From Schizochytrium sp. TIO01 (taxonomy: Eukaryota > Protista > Bigyra: Labyrinthulomycetes): a DNA stretch of 64,000 nt. The translations under genes and the position numbers were made by a program. Position 1 is the stretch's first letter; every line of letters begins with the position of its first letter. The DNA lies in contig SMSO01000032.1 of NCBI GenBank assembly GCA_004764695.1, forward strand, positions 6,604,483-6,668,482, in the 5' to 3' direction. The notes under the pieces were generated by a model. The model saw nothing but the letters and a program-made list of their open reading frames with translations. It had not been told where the DNA came from and ran no database searches. This document shows positions 1 through 11,121 of the stretch, one piece after another.

Positions 1-1944
1 GGTAAGAAAGAAAAGGATAGACCTAGGTGCTGCTAGCCAGGTCTCTACCATCGCTTGGGCCATAGAGAGTACCTTGGAGAAGCCGCAGGAACGAGGTGAT
101 GGAGGTCGATATTTTAGTCAAGAAGTACAGCGCCGTTGGCGACGAGGTGCTTGGAAAATAAGTGACTTGAGGAGGGCGGGCGCTTGGCAACCTGGGTTTG
201 GGTTGGCTGGCTTGTGCAGGCAAGAGCGAGCGAGCGTGGCAGCTTGCTCTCTCCCTCTCTCTCTCTCTCTCGCGCACGAAATGGGTAAATCGGTTGACCT
301 TTGTTGAACTTGGCGACAACCTCTCGAGTAAGAAAGATGAAGGTGCTGGCGAGCATCAGAAGAGCTGGAGAAGGAGACAGGGTTTACGAACAACCGTAAG
401 TAGTAGAAATACTTCCATAGCAACGCACTCGTGAATAAAATCATGGCGGCGTGACGCATTGCAGGAGTGTTCAATCTGGACTGAGGAGCCTCGGAACTAA
501 CTGCATGGATTGGAGTGATGAGTTCCGAACCCCATCGTCGTTGCTCTATTCTCTCAACTATGCTCTTTGGAAAGGGAAAGCGCTCGTAGAGGTCTGTTTG
601 CTCAATCTGCCGGTCTATAAGGGCGTCATTCAGACCATGGAATTCGTTGCCCTTCTGCAAACAGCCTATGGATGGAAATGGATGGCTTTGCTCGTGCTGT
701 CGATTTGCACGGAAGCACATCACACGAGGACAACCGGGCCGACGACTCAGGCTTGTCTGTCTGCTGGGGCTTGAAATTCTGGAAGGCGGGGGGGACCTGC
801 CGTGTTCCGACTTTTTGCTGACTGACACCCATAGGTAGGTGGGTATGTATTGCCAACTGCCTGCATGTTGAACGCCAAATTCATTTCTTGATCATGTTTT
901 CCAATTGTGGGGTAGGTTTCTCGCAATTTGGTTCTATGTATTGATCAATCGAGAGAAGATAGCATGCAGCGTGAGCTTGGGCAAAGCTGATGGGGGAAAC
1001 CCAACCTGGAGGGAAGAAGTACGAATACACCTTCACGGCATTCGTCGCAAAACCCTGCACGCTGTCATGCGAGGAAGGCAGCCAATGCCAGCTCCGGGAA
1101 CTGGTAAAACGAGTTGATTAGGCTTGAAGAAATTGAAATGTTCTCAGATGGGCCTCAGATAGCTACACTGGCCTCGCGGGCGTTCTTCAGCAAGCTTCAC
1201 CTTCTTCACGTTGTTCGAAAGGTCGCCTTTTAGAAACAAGTGTTCACGTTGTCTTCAATCCTGAGACCGCGACTACTTGCTGCCACTTGTTCTAAATTAA
1301 TATATTAAAAGAGAATGCACTAGCCTCAAGACAGTTCGTCGCAGAGAACCTCTTCCCAATTTAATTTGGAAATAGGCATTAGTATTCCGTTGGGGAATAA
1401 CCTGTCACATTTGTTATGTTGCAAATATCTATTTTATTTTTATTTTCCGGCCTGAGCCTGAGAAAAAGAAAATAAAAGAAAAAGGAAAGAGTAAGAAAAA
1501 ACCCAGTGTGTAAGCTTCCAATTCTTCCACTAGGTCGTGAAAGAAAATAACTAGAACGCAGTTGATCAAGCAACTCGTTGATGAGTTACTACGTGTTTCC
1601 ATCCAGCGCCACTCCTGAGTCCAAGGTTTTTGTTCTATTTTACGTTGAAGATTATTGTATTGCACCATGTCAGCATGAATAATAGGATATTTTTAGTACC
1701 TGCTTTTGAAAAATCAACAAAAACAGTATCATACAAATATGCTTCAGTAGTAACAAAGTCCATACAAGTGATTTCATTTTCATTTTCATTTTATAATATA
1801 CACACATAACTATAGAACGATGTAGAAGCAAAGGCTAGTTCACATTATATTTTAAAATATCAGTAGGGTGGAGAGTCAAATGGGAAAAATTTGTGGTCTT
1901 CTCCTTCAAAAGAAGAAGAAAACAAAATGCATCAAACGCAGGTC

Positions 1945-4900
1945 TTAAGCGACCACAATTTCCGGAGAGGCAGCATAACGATCAAAGCTTGCCTGTTCAG
2001 CATCACGAAGACGCTGGGCATAGATGGGTTTGTGTAGAAAATACTCCATGAATGTATAAACATCATTCAGAGCATAGGAGATATCTTGAAAGCAGTCTGC
2101 AAGGAATAGCATGTTAGACATGACCGCAAGATTTTTAGATGCAAGCAGGCTATTGAAAAACTCTTCGTCTCTGAATGCCAGAGTCAAAAAATCTTGCAAA
2201 ACCTCTCGCAATAAATGTGGAGTCGCAGCAATAGGACGAAGGACTGGCATCGATTCTCGCTGTTTGGAACCAAGGCGGGCAGCAGCAGACGAAAAGGCAG
2301 ACGTCAGCCAACGGTGGGCTGTGTAAAAGGAACGCGCTGTTTCTGGCCGCATATTAGAAGTCATATGACCCTTTTCATCGCTCATGAAAATACAAATTCC
2401 ACCAAGATGGTGCAATTTCCACAACGAATGCCACACACGCTGTGTACTTTCAACTGCTTTAACATAATGTTCATGCGGAACATCAAAGTTCAGACGTTGC
2501 TTTGATTCCAAATCTGCAGATCGAAGTTGTGGAGAAATATTCACGAATAATGAATATGCAATACCGTGCTCAAAGGCAGCAACTTGTGGCAAGACACGGT
2601 CAAGCATGAGAGGTTGCTCATACCTTTCAGTGAGCACATGCTCGAACAAAATGTTAAAGTCATGGTATGACTGTGAAAGGGTTTCACGAATCAGAGCTCG
2701 GCCAGTTGTTGGCCACACAAAGAGAGCGAGGACCAAAGCACCGGCCGCACCCATTAAAGTAGACGCAAGAATGTAGCCACCTTCCACCCAGACATCCACC
2801 TGCGTTGGTTCTGTAGCTTGTAGAAATACAACTGACAAACTGACTAAAGTACGCAACGCTGCAAATACCACATAGCCGAACTGGGGCAACACAGTCTTTA
2901 CGTATAGATAGATGGCCAAAGCAAAAACTTCTGCACCATAAAAGATCCACTCGTGGTTGTCTGCAGTGCAACCTCCAATACATGCGAGTTCCCAGATCAC
3001 ACCTGCAAAAATGTAACCTAACGTAACACCAATCAAACGATGAGCTGTTCGTTCAATGACCAAACCCGTTTGTGTCTTAAAGAGAATGACCTGGAACGCA
3101 AAAACTGCGTTGAGCAACTGGACCGAACTGAAAAGTGAATAGGAATCAGGCAAAAGACCGGGAAGAACCAAAAGTGTAGTACCGAGAGAAAATTTAAGTC
3201 CCATTTTCCAAATCATACTTGAAAAGAAGTTGAGACAGCGTTCTTCAACGCGTGTACTCCAGTACGGCGTCTTGACGTAGAATGCTTTGCGTTCTGAAGC
3301 ATAGTACGAAGTAAGAAACATGTCTTGAAAGGGGAATGTAATACTCCACTCACGTTTCCAATCCTCGTGCTGACCCATTGTTTCACTCTTGAATTGGACG
3401 CCCAGCTCTTTTTGCGTCTTCACCAATTTCAGAAGAACAAGGACATAACTTGTGAGCGTAGTACGGTGAAATATAGCCTCTTTGTTCATGCGTGCAGATT
3501 CCATTGTCTTTGCAGCTGTACTACGCAGGTAACGCTCCATCCAAGTGATCATTAGGTCCTCGAGCTCACGAGCAAGTCTATCAAGAACTTGTTGTTCACG
3601 ATCAAGCATCATGATTGCCTTCTCACGTTCGATGTGGCTATCGCGAGCCGAGGGTGGCAGGCTTGATAACAGAGCGAATCGGTGGGCGCCAAGCTCAAGA
3701 AGTAGGTTGATCTCATTAATAATGATGGGAATTCGCCGACGTTCAGTTTGGCGTCGTTCAATTTCACTTTGGTCCATCTGAATCATTGCTTGCACTTCTT
3801 GTTCGAGGAAAGTCGCCTTTTTGCGAAGGGAATCTGTGTATGTTAAATCCGAGCCCTTAGCAGAGCACTCATCAAAGTAGTTGAGCATATCTGATGCTGC
3901 GGAGCGAGCGATGCGCGTAATTGTAAGACTGGCATCGTATCGCTCGAGGTATCGGAGTCCATCACCGTTGCAAAGAAATCTCGTTTCTAGAAGAGTCTGG
4001 CCCAACCATTTTTGTGCTAGAACGATCGAATTGATCTCCGCTTTGCGGGCGTCGACTAGCTTCTTTAGGAGTACTGGGGAGATGTTTACCTGGCCGGAGT
4101 CTTGAGTTGGATCCAAGGTTTGCGCTGCAACTTGCGCATAAACAGGCCGCAAGCGACGAAGGAGGATTCCATAACCAGTGAATCGATTGTTGAGAATCTG
4201 CTGCGTAGACGCGATGGATGTCCAGGGGAAGATGACCAAAGCACCAAGGCAGTGGAGCATGTAAGGAATAGTTGTACCAAAGGTTGCACCACCCAGAATA
4301 AGAAGGCTCCTATGGAAGGGCTCATCAACAACTTCGAGGTTGTTTACCTTCCATATACTAATATGTTGCACAGAGAAAGTGATAGCTTGCAGCAAAATGG
4401 ACAGCATGCTCGTTGGGTATTTAAGTCCAATCATGAAGGTCAGTAGGATGCCAATTGCAAAGAGAATCATGTAACCTGCAAGATTCGTACCCGTAACAGC
4501 AAACATGAAAATTGAATAGGCAACAAGGAATGGCCATAGTACAATGTAAGAGAGAGTTTGTTGAATCTCTACTCCGATACAGGTATCATTGAGTGGACGC
4601 AAAGCGAGAATGAGGCAGTAAATAGGAATAAATAAAGACGTGCCTTCTGCGAGAGAACGAATGACTTCAAAGTAAGGGAAAATGAGAGAAATGACGAGCA
4701 CGACCGAATTGCGAATGAGAATCTTATGAAGCCTTGTAAGTTCAAATATTGGTTTTCGCTTTTTTTCCTTTGGCGGCTGCACACTGGCTTTGGCAGTTGA
4801 TTCATTTTTTCGGCGCCTTTGCTGTTGTTGCGGTGTTTCTTGCAATTTGTTTTCTTTGTGATCAACAGTGATAATCTCGGGAGGTGGCAGACTGGCCATT

Positions 4901-5115
4901 GAACTTCCGGGAGAATAAGGTTCGCCAAGTGCTTCCTCAATTCCTGTCTTGGCATAGTCTTCGATGCTTTCCATGAGGCGCCCCACCTCCTCGGATCGCT
5001 CCAAGTTTGAGAGTTCATCACGCTCTTCATCTCCTGCAATCTCAAGTTCAGATTCGAGCTTGCGCAATCTTCGATCTTCTTTCCATTCCTGGAAAACGGG
5101 ATCAGGGACTGACAT
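1945..5115 (-). CDS. FUSC/aromatic acid exporter (ArAE)/ALMT-superfamily membrane protein, 1056 aa
   Basis: Intact long ORF with two hydrophobic multi-TM blocks, each followed by a soluble helical region. The second block (WKMGLKFSLGTTLLVLP...QTGLVIERTAHRLIGVTLG...ALFVWPTTGRALIRETLS) matches the FUSC-like pattern. Confidence 0.75.
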   Translation of the reverse strand: MSVPDPVFQEWKEDRRLRKLESELEIAGDEERDELSNLERSEEVGRLMESIEDYAKTGIEEALGEPYSPGSSMASLPPPEIITVDHKENKLQETPQQQQRRRKNESTAKASVQPPKEKKRKPIFELTRLHKILIRNSVVLVISLIFPYFEVIRSLAEGTSLFIPIYCLILALRPLNDTCIGVEIQQTLSYIVLWPFLVAYSIFMFAVTGTNLAGYMILFAIGILLTFMIGLKYPTSMLSILLQAITFSVQHISIWKVNNLEVVDEPFHRSLLILGGATFGTTIPYMLHCLGALVIFPWTSIASTQQILNNRFTGYGILLRRLRPVYAQVAAQTLDPTQDSGQVNISPVLLKKLVDARKAEINSIVLAQKWLGQTLLETRFLCNGDGLRYLERYDASLTITRIARSAASDMLNYFDECSAKGSDLTYTDSLRKKATFLEQEVQAMIQMDQSEIERRQTERRRIPIIINEINLLLELGAHRFALLSSLPPSARDSHIEREKAIMMLDREQQVLDRLARELEDLMITWMERYLRSTAAKTMESARMNKEAIFHRTTLTSYVLVLLKLVKTQKELGVQFKSETMGQHEDWKREWSITFPFQDMFLTSYYASERKAFYVKTPYWSTRVEERCLNFFSSMIWKMGLKFSLGTTLLVLPGLLPDSYSLFSSVQLLNAVFAFQVILFKTQTGLVIERTAHRLIGVTLGYIFAGVIWELACIGGCTADNHEWIFYGAEVFALAIYLYVKTVLPQFGYVVFAALRTLVSLSVVFLQATEPTQVDVWVEGGYILASTLMGAAGALVLALFVWPTTGRALIRETLSQSYHDFNILFEHVLTERYEQPLMLDRVLPQVAAFEHGIAYSLFVNISPQLRSADLESKQRLNFDVPHEHYVKAVESTQRVWHSLWKLHHLGGICIFMSDEKGHMTSNMRPETARSFYTAHRWLTSAFSSAAARLGSKQRESMPVLRPIAATPHLLREVLQDFLTLAFRDEEFFNSLLASKNLAVMSNMLFLADCFQDISYALNDVYTFMEYFLHKPIYAQRLRDAEQASFDRYAASPEIVVA

Positions 5116-7698
5116 AGTGACTAGTTACCTGTGTTTATTTGTAAAGAAAGCTACAGGCTCAACAAAGTCTCTCTGTCTATCTTCTGACTAAAGACTTCCT
5201 CCGTCTATAGAAAAGGGATTTACTATCAAGACTTGGGTGTCTGGCTAAACTGATGATGTTCGGCTGGCTTCGTAAGACCCTCCAGCTGAGAACCGAATCA
5301 AGTTCAAAAAGGATCGATGATAAATATTCGGCGCTTCGTCGTTCCGCTCCAGCAAGTGCTTCCTTCCACCCAGCTAGCTCGAACCCTTGTGTGTTCTAAC
5401 ACCCGTCAGTGTTGGTTTATCCAGAGAGGGTTGTTTGAGATTTCTCAAACGCAGATGGAGACTTTATGTCCAATTGGGTGCTGCGATGATGCCTCTATTA
5501 AGATGCTAATCAATTGAAAGGCCAGAAGGAAGAAGGAAAATCAATCACTATGCCGTCAGAAGCAGTCAGTATAGGTGTATATTATATAGCAAGACTGTGT
5601 TGCAGATTCCACGCCGCTTAATGTGAAGAATAGGCTCGTCGCCGCGGCGGCGAGAGGACCTAACCTTCTGCCCACGGGTTACGGTGCAGATTAGTCTTTT
5701 GCTATGCCTTTGCCGTGGATGTACTCCTCTTGTTGTCCTCTTGTTGTTTGCTGGATGGGCGAATGAAAGTTCTCAAGGGACAAACGAGCGAACCACGCAA
5801 GAGCAGGAGCCGTCGTGTGCAAGAAGGGTGTTTCAACAGCGGAGTGCAGGTCCTCGATCCTAGCCCAAGGATCTTAGCGCGTCTCGTGAAGCAGGCAGGC
5901 AGGCAGAGTCGAAGGGCCTGGGCTGGCTGGGCCCGCCGCAGAAGAGTTCTTGGTTTGCGCCAGGTCTGGCCAGGAGAAACAGAGAAAAGAAAGAAAAGAA
6001 AAGAAAAAGATGACTGACTCACTTTCTTTCTTTCTTTCTTTCTTTCCTTCTTAGCCATGCATGAATAAATAAATTAAGAAGTACAAAACTACTATTACTC
6101 ATTCCTATCAACCATTACGGCCCATTACTCTCTTTCTCAAGTGGCTTTCCTTTTATTGACTAAAAAAAAAGGACCAATGGTTTTAATCGATGGAGCCCTA
6201 CTAGTAAAGGCTAAGATCATGTTACATAATGGTTATACGTTTAAAAGTTAACAAAAGAAGTTAAAATAAAAATATAATTATTAAAAACGACTTCTTCTTA
6301 TTTTAATTTTTAAAATAAATAAGAGGTAGGCCTTAATGGAACTATCCTTTTTTCTCTTCGTTATTATTGACATTGACAGGCAGATAGTAAGTGATAAATG
6401 GAGAACGGGAAAAGAAAGGAGGTAGCAGTAGAGAAACAGTAGGAACCCGAATAGTCAAAGAGAACAGAACATAAACATAGGTACCAACAACGAAAAGAAA
6501 AGATAGGGAGCAGAACAGTGGGAATGGAGGGAAACGAGAAAAGGGAGTTAGTTAGTCAGCACACAGATAGAATCATTAATTCATTCAATCAAACGCACCA
6601 TCAAATCAAAGCTACTCCTCAAAAGGAAGACATGAAGGGATCCCACTTTGACGAGGTCTTCTTTCATCAGTCTTTGCGAGCCTTCCGTCGCCCCAGCGGT
6701 AGTCATTACCAAGGTAGCTAGCTAGTTACTTATTGAGACTGTGGACCTTCTAATTAATCCAAGTTTCCTGTTCTCGTTCCTGTTCCTGTTCTGTTGTTCC
6801 CTCCCTTCTCAATGCAATACCTATCAACTACTTGACACTTTATAAACTGCAATACCATGGGACTCATCCAATGCGTCTGAGTGGCGTTCAGAGTGACCGC
6901 CATCAAAATAAAGTTTCAAAAGCCGCGCTTGAAAAGTGCGAAGATGACGGCGCTTCGGAAACAAAGGCGAGAGCAAAGAAACAAAGAAACAAAGAAACCA
7001 TCAATCAATCAATCAATCAATCAATCAGACAAAGAACAGAGAAAGAGATTCGGGCAATGCGATTGCGGCAGCGGAGAAGGTCGGCTTCGCCCGCAATGCT
7101 TCTCTCTTTCCGTCTACTGCGAAGCCTGAGCGGCCTTGAGCGATTGGTCTGTCTGTCTGTCTATTTATCATTGATTTTAATATAATTTAGACCACTCGGG
7201 TAGAAAGAAGTTTGTGATCGATCGTCGAACGTATTTTAGTACGCGCTGCAAAGAAAGCATATTGGGCGTTAGAAGAGCTAAGAAGGACGAGAGAACAAAG
7301 TAAAAGAAAAGAAATTATGATGTGTAAGTCAAAGGCCTCAAACGAAAAGGTTAATACCAGAAAAAGAAAAGAGGGGGAAAGAAAGAAAGAAAGGAGAAAC
7401 AAAAAGAGAGAATGGGGCGACTCTCGCAAAACGATTGATAGAACCACAGCCTAAAGGAAAGGAGGCGACCAAAAGTAAGTGAGGTCACTAGAGACAGTGC
7501 TCCCGACTTCGCCAAGTGGATTTCCTTCGCGCAGGAATAGTGAAGGCCTCTGCGGCTCTATGGCAAAAGCCCACCACACCACCATCGGCTTTGTCCATTC
7601 CAGGCAGAGGGAGCTGGGCCTGTCCAAGAATCCCATCGGGCAATCAGTAAGTCAGTCAGTGTAACAATTTAAGAGCACATCAGGTTTCGAACAAAGAA

Positions 7699-7741
7699 GA
7701 AAAGAAAAGAAAAGAAAAGAAAAGAAAAGAAAAGAAAAGAA
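7699..7741. repeat. (AAAAG)n microsatellite
   Basis: About 8 tandem AAAAG units read directly. Confidence 0.95.
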
Positions 7742-8292
7742 GAGAAAAGTCGAAAGGCAAAAGCTAAAAAGAGAAATCAACAGAAAATACACATTTGGAG
7801 AACTAATGAGTTGGTTTGCTTTGCTTTAGGATAAAGACAGAAACGGAGAACTTGAGTCTTCGTGCCTCCAAGCCGAAGACCATGGCTGCTCCCGAAGGCT
7901 CGCCGCCTCTCGCCGCCACGCTTCTCTCAGCTTGCGTCTGCGGCTTCGCTCGGGCCTCGAGGCGTCTTCGCGGCTTGTAGTTCGCTGTTCTGTTTCCTTT
8001 TGTTGTTTCGTTCTCGCTTCCTGAGACTGTGGATCGAGGAGCGAGTGGCCCATCCGTCGGTCTCTGGGAAACCAAGACCTTGCTGCCACGAGCGGCCAGC
8101 AGGTGGCTGCGGCAAACTCAGACTACAAGGTGCACGTCGCCAGCTGCGCCCTGTCGAACCGAAAGTTTCCACCAGGAGTTGTCGTTGTCGAGCGCGGGCA
8201 GAGGTGTCCTACGCCTGACTGTGCATGCACCGCTTTGGTTATGGTTTCTTTAATTCTGTCAATCTTCGCATTGTTTGGCAACCTTTAAAAAA

Positions 8293-8325
<33 letters not shown>

Positions 8326-8799
8326 ATAAAAAATAAAAAATAATATGATCTGTAGATAAAAAAGTAAAGTAGATAATGCGGTGTTCGATCATAAACGACG
8401 TATTTGATAGCAGAATGGATATTGTCTGAGTTGAGGCTGTGGAACAACCAAACGAAACGATGCGAGTGAAGCAGGCCTACTTGACTGCAACCTAGGTTGA
8501 ACTCATGAGCGCGTGTGCGCTTTTGTTGATGATGCGTATGCAAGATCAAGCATGCCTGGTAAGTAAATCTTCATGCAGAATAATGAGGTCTTCGTGTTTT
8601 TTTCTTGAGTGATTTGATGACGTCATGGATCGCAGAGGTTCATAACATTTTGAATTTTAATAAAAAAAAAAAGAAAAAAAAAAAAAAGGAGGGGAAGAAA
8701 AAGGTTGTTTTAGTGAAATTGAGGAAAGAAACGAAAACTTGGGAGCTCGGCGAACTTTGAATGAACGAGAAGAACGTTTCATCTGCAAGACTTCAACTT

Positions 8800-10007
8800 C
8801 AACTTTAAGTTGGTCGGCCCAAGCAAGCTTCGCCGAATGCCTGTCTGCACTCTTGCCTGCCTACTCTCACGTTGCAACCATCTCATGCCATAGCTGTGCG
8901 CTTTTCTTCATGCAATCGTCACAATCCACGCCAGATCAGCACATATGGTGTTCTACTATCTGGACCAACCGTTCACGAGTTTATAAGTCAAAGGCAAAAC
9001 TCAAATCTGCCCCAGAAGAGATTCGATCGTTGGTGGCCTTTACGCGCCCAAGATCAGACCAAATTGCTTCGTGGACGATGCCAATGCGAGCTTCTTTCTC
9101 TCTGCTGGGCTGATGTGCTCGAGTGATTGATTGCCAATCTCCGTCGTGGTCCTGCAAGGGTCAATTGACTGCAATGTATGGTATGCATCGACGTATGTAT
9201 GTATGTACCAACTCTAGGTCATGAGTCCCAGACGCTGCAGACGCTGACTTTGCGAAGTCTCAGTCTTGCTCTCGATGCGAGAACTGCTACGATACCCTTC
9301 ATTTGTCTGAAATCGTGGCCGACGTTCGCAATTGGAGTCCTGCAGCACAGCACGAGAGCAGCACCCAAACGGTCAGCGAGTGATCGGAAGAGCGACTTAT
9401 TTGAGCTCGTGCGGCACACGAACTAGTTCAAGGACGAGTTTGGCTATGACCGCCTCATGCTCTGACAAGCCATGTGCATATACATTTAGCGTGGATCGCG
9501 ATACCAAACGATACTAAGCGATGGTTGTTTTCTGCAGTGCCAACTTCGAAGAGATGGCCTGCAATACAGATGTCTCGAAGGCACAGCACGCAATCAGAGC
9601 ACGCGTGCTGCTGCTGCTGCCCAAGGCCAAATGTCAACAAAATCTGCTGGAGGCAAACGAAGTGCAGCACTGCTCGAAGCCCAAGGCGCGGCGGAATGTA
9701 CGCAGCAGAAGAGTTGGGCAGCATCTGCATCTGCAGTGCAGTCTCTCATGCATGTATGACTTTTAAAGTGGGCAGCCACGATTGTGGCGGCCAAAGACCC
9801 TCTTTCGCGAGTCCCTCACCCAGGCTGCAAAAGTCTCCAGCCTTGGCACACCAAGAACTCGCGCCCAGCACCCGACTCGCAGTCCCAAAGGGCCAAGCCG
9901 TGCCTGTTGCAAGCGCAGTCCTCGTCCTGCGACCAGAGCTCGAAGCGCCCAAGTCGATCGACCGAGTCGTTGCCGCCGCGGCTTTCATGAAATTCATCGC
10001 AGACCAA
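8800..10007 (-). pseudogene. Possible decayed coding sequence of unknown family
   Basis: About 50-55% GC complex sequence between microsatellites. Consecutive same-frame ORFs (10007-9816, 9794-9594) are broken by single TGA codons, and there is an intron-like GTACATAC...TGCAG segment at ~9170-9208. No family motif recognised. Confidence 0.3.
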
Positions 10008-10082
10008 GATATCCTATCTACGTGGTCCGATTTCCCCTTATTCTTTGCATTGCTTTTCTCTTCTTTCGCAGACTCGGAAAGG

Positions 10083-10190
10083 ACTTTGAAAGAAAGAAAG
10101 AATGAATGAATGAATGAACTTTGAAAGAAAGAATGAACTTTGAAAGAAAGAATGAATGAATGAATGAATGAATGAATAAATGAATGAAAG
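10083..10190. repeat. Compound (GAAA)/(GAAT) microsatellite with three ACTTTGAAAGAAAG units
   Basis: Read directly. Confidence 0.9.
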
Positions 10191-11093
10191 GAAGAAGAAC
10201 TACGTTTGGACTAGATACAGATAAGGAAAGGATGAAAACTCGAGAAAAACAAAGCACGCAAATACCAAGTGACTAGAAGGAAGGAGAGAGGTTAGCAAGC
10301 GCGTCATCAAGTCAGCTTGCACTCTCGAGTAACTCGGATGCAATTTTCTCTGTTTCGTGGCCTTTTCAATGTCTCAGAAGGTTGGGTTTCCGTTGCAAGC
10401 GCACGGTCAATTGAGACATGAATGCGTGAGTGAGTGAGTAAATGAATGAATGAATGAATGAATAGAGCATGAGCGATTGGCTAAGTCGGCGACGTTGAAG
10501 TTGAAGTTGACGAAGACGACGAAGACGACGAAGACGACGAAGACGGCGAAGACCTTGTACTTGCCAACTGTTGCCAATTGCAAGACTCGAGAAATGGCGC
10601 GGTCGGGCAAGGCCACGAAGAAAGCTTGGAGTTCGTGTCTAATTTTGATTAAATGAAAGAAGCATCAGCGAGCGATTCCTCTTTGCGAAGGAGATGGTGG
10701 TGTCGACGCAGCGCTCTCCTCGATGAGGAGACGTCGCGACTGCGGCTGCGGCTGCAACTGCGACTTCGTGCTAGGCTCGCGCTGGAAGCCTGCGCACTCG
10801 AAATCAAACAGCGTGGCCAGCTCGTGAGAAGGTGCGGCAGGGCACGCGTGCGAAGCAGGCGGACAGGAGCGCAAACCAGGGCTCGGTGGCATCTTGGACC
10901 CAAGCCGGCACGTGCGCTGTGTCGCTGACGAACTTCAACAAACGCCACTCTGGCCAAACCAGAGCATCGAGGTGGTGGCGGCGCGGAAGGGGGAGGAGAC
11001 TGCGTGCCGGCTGATGGCGAGCGAGAGCGGCGAGGTGGTGGTGCAAGCTCGAGCAGTAGAACTTGGCTCGAGCATGGCGAGCGAGAAGAAATC

Positions 11094-11121
11094 CAAGAAC
11101 CAAGAACCAAGAACCAAGAAC
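11094..11121. repeat. (CAAGAAC)4 tandem repeat
   Basis: Read directly. Confidence 0.9.

Noticed and set aside
9594-10007. In-frame TGA codons as possible selenocysteine readthrough
   Set aside because: No redox motif context or SECIS recognised; ordinary nonsense mutations are the simpler explanation.
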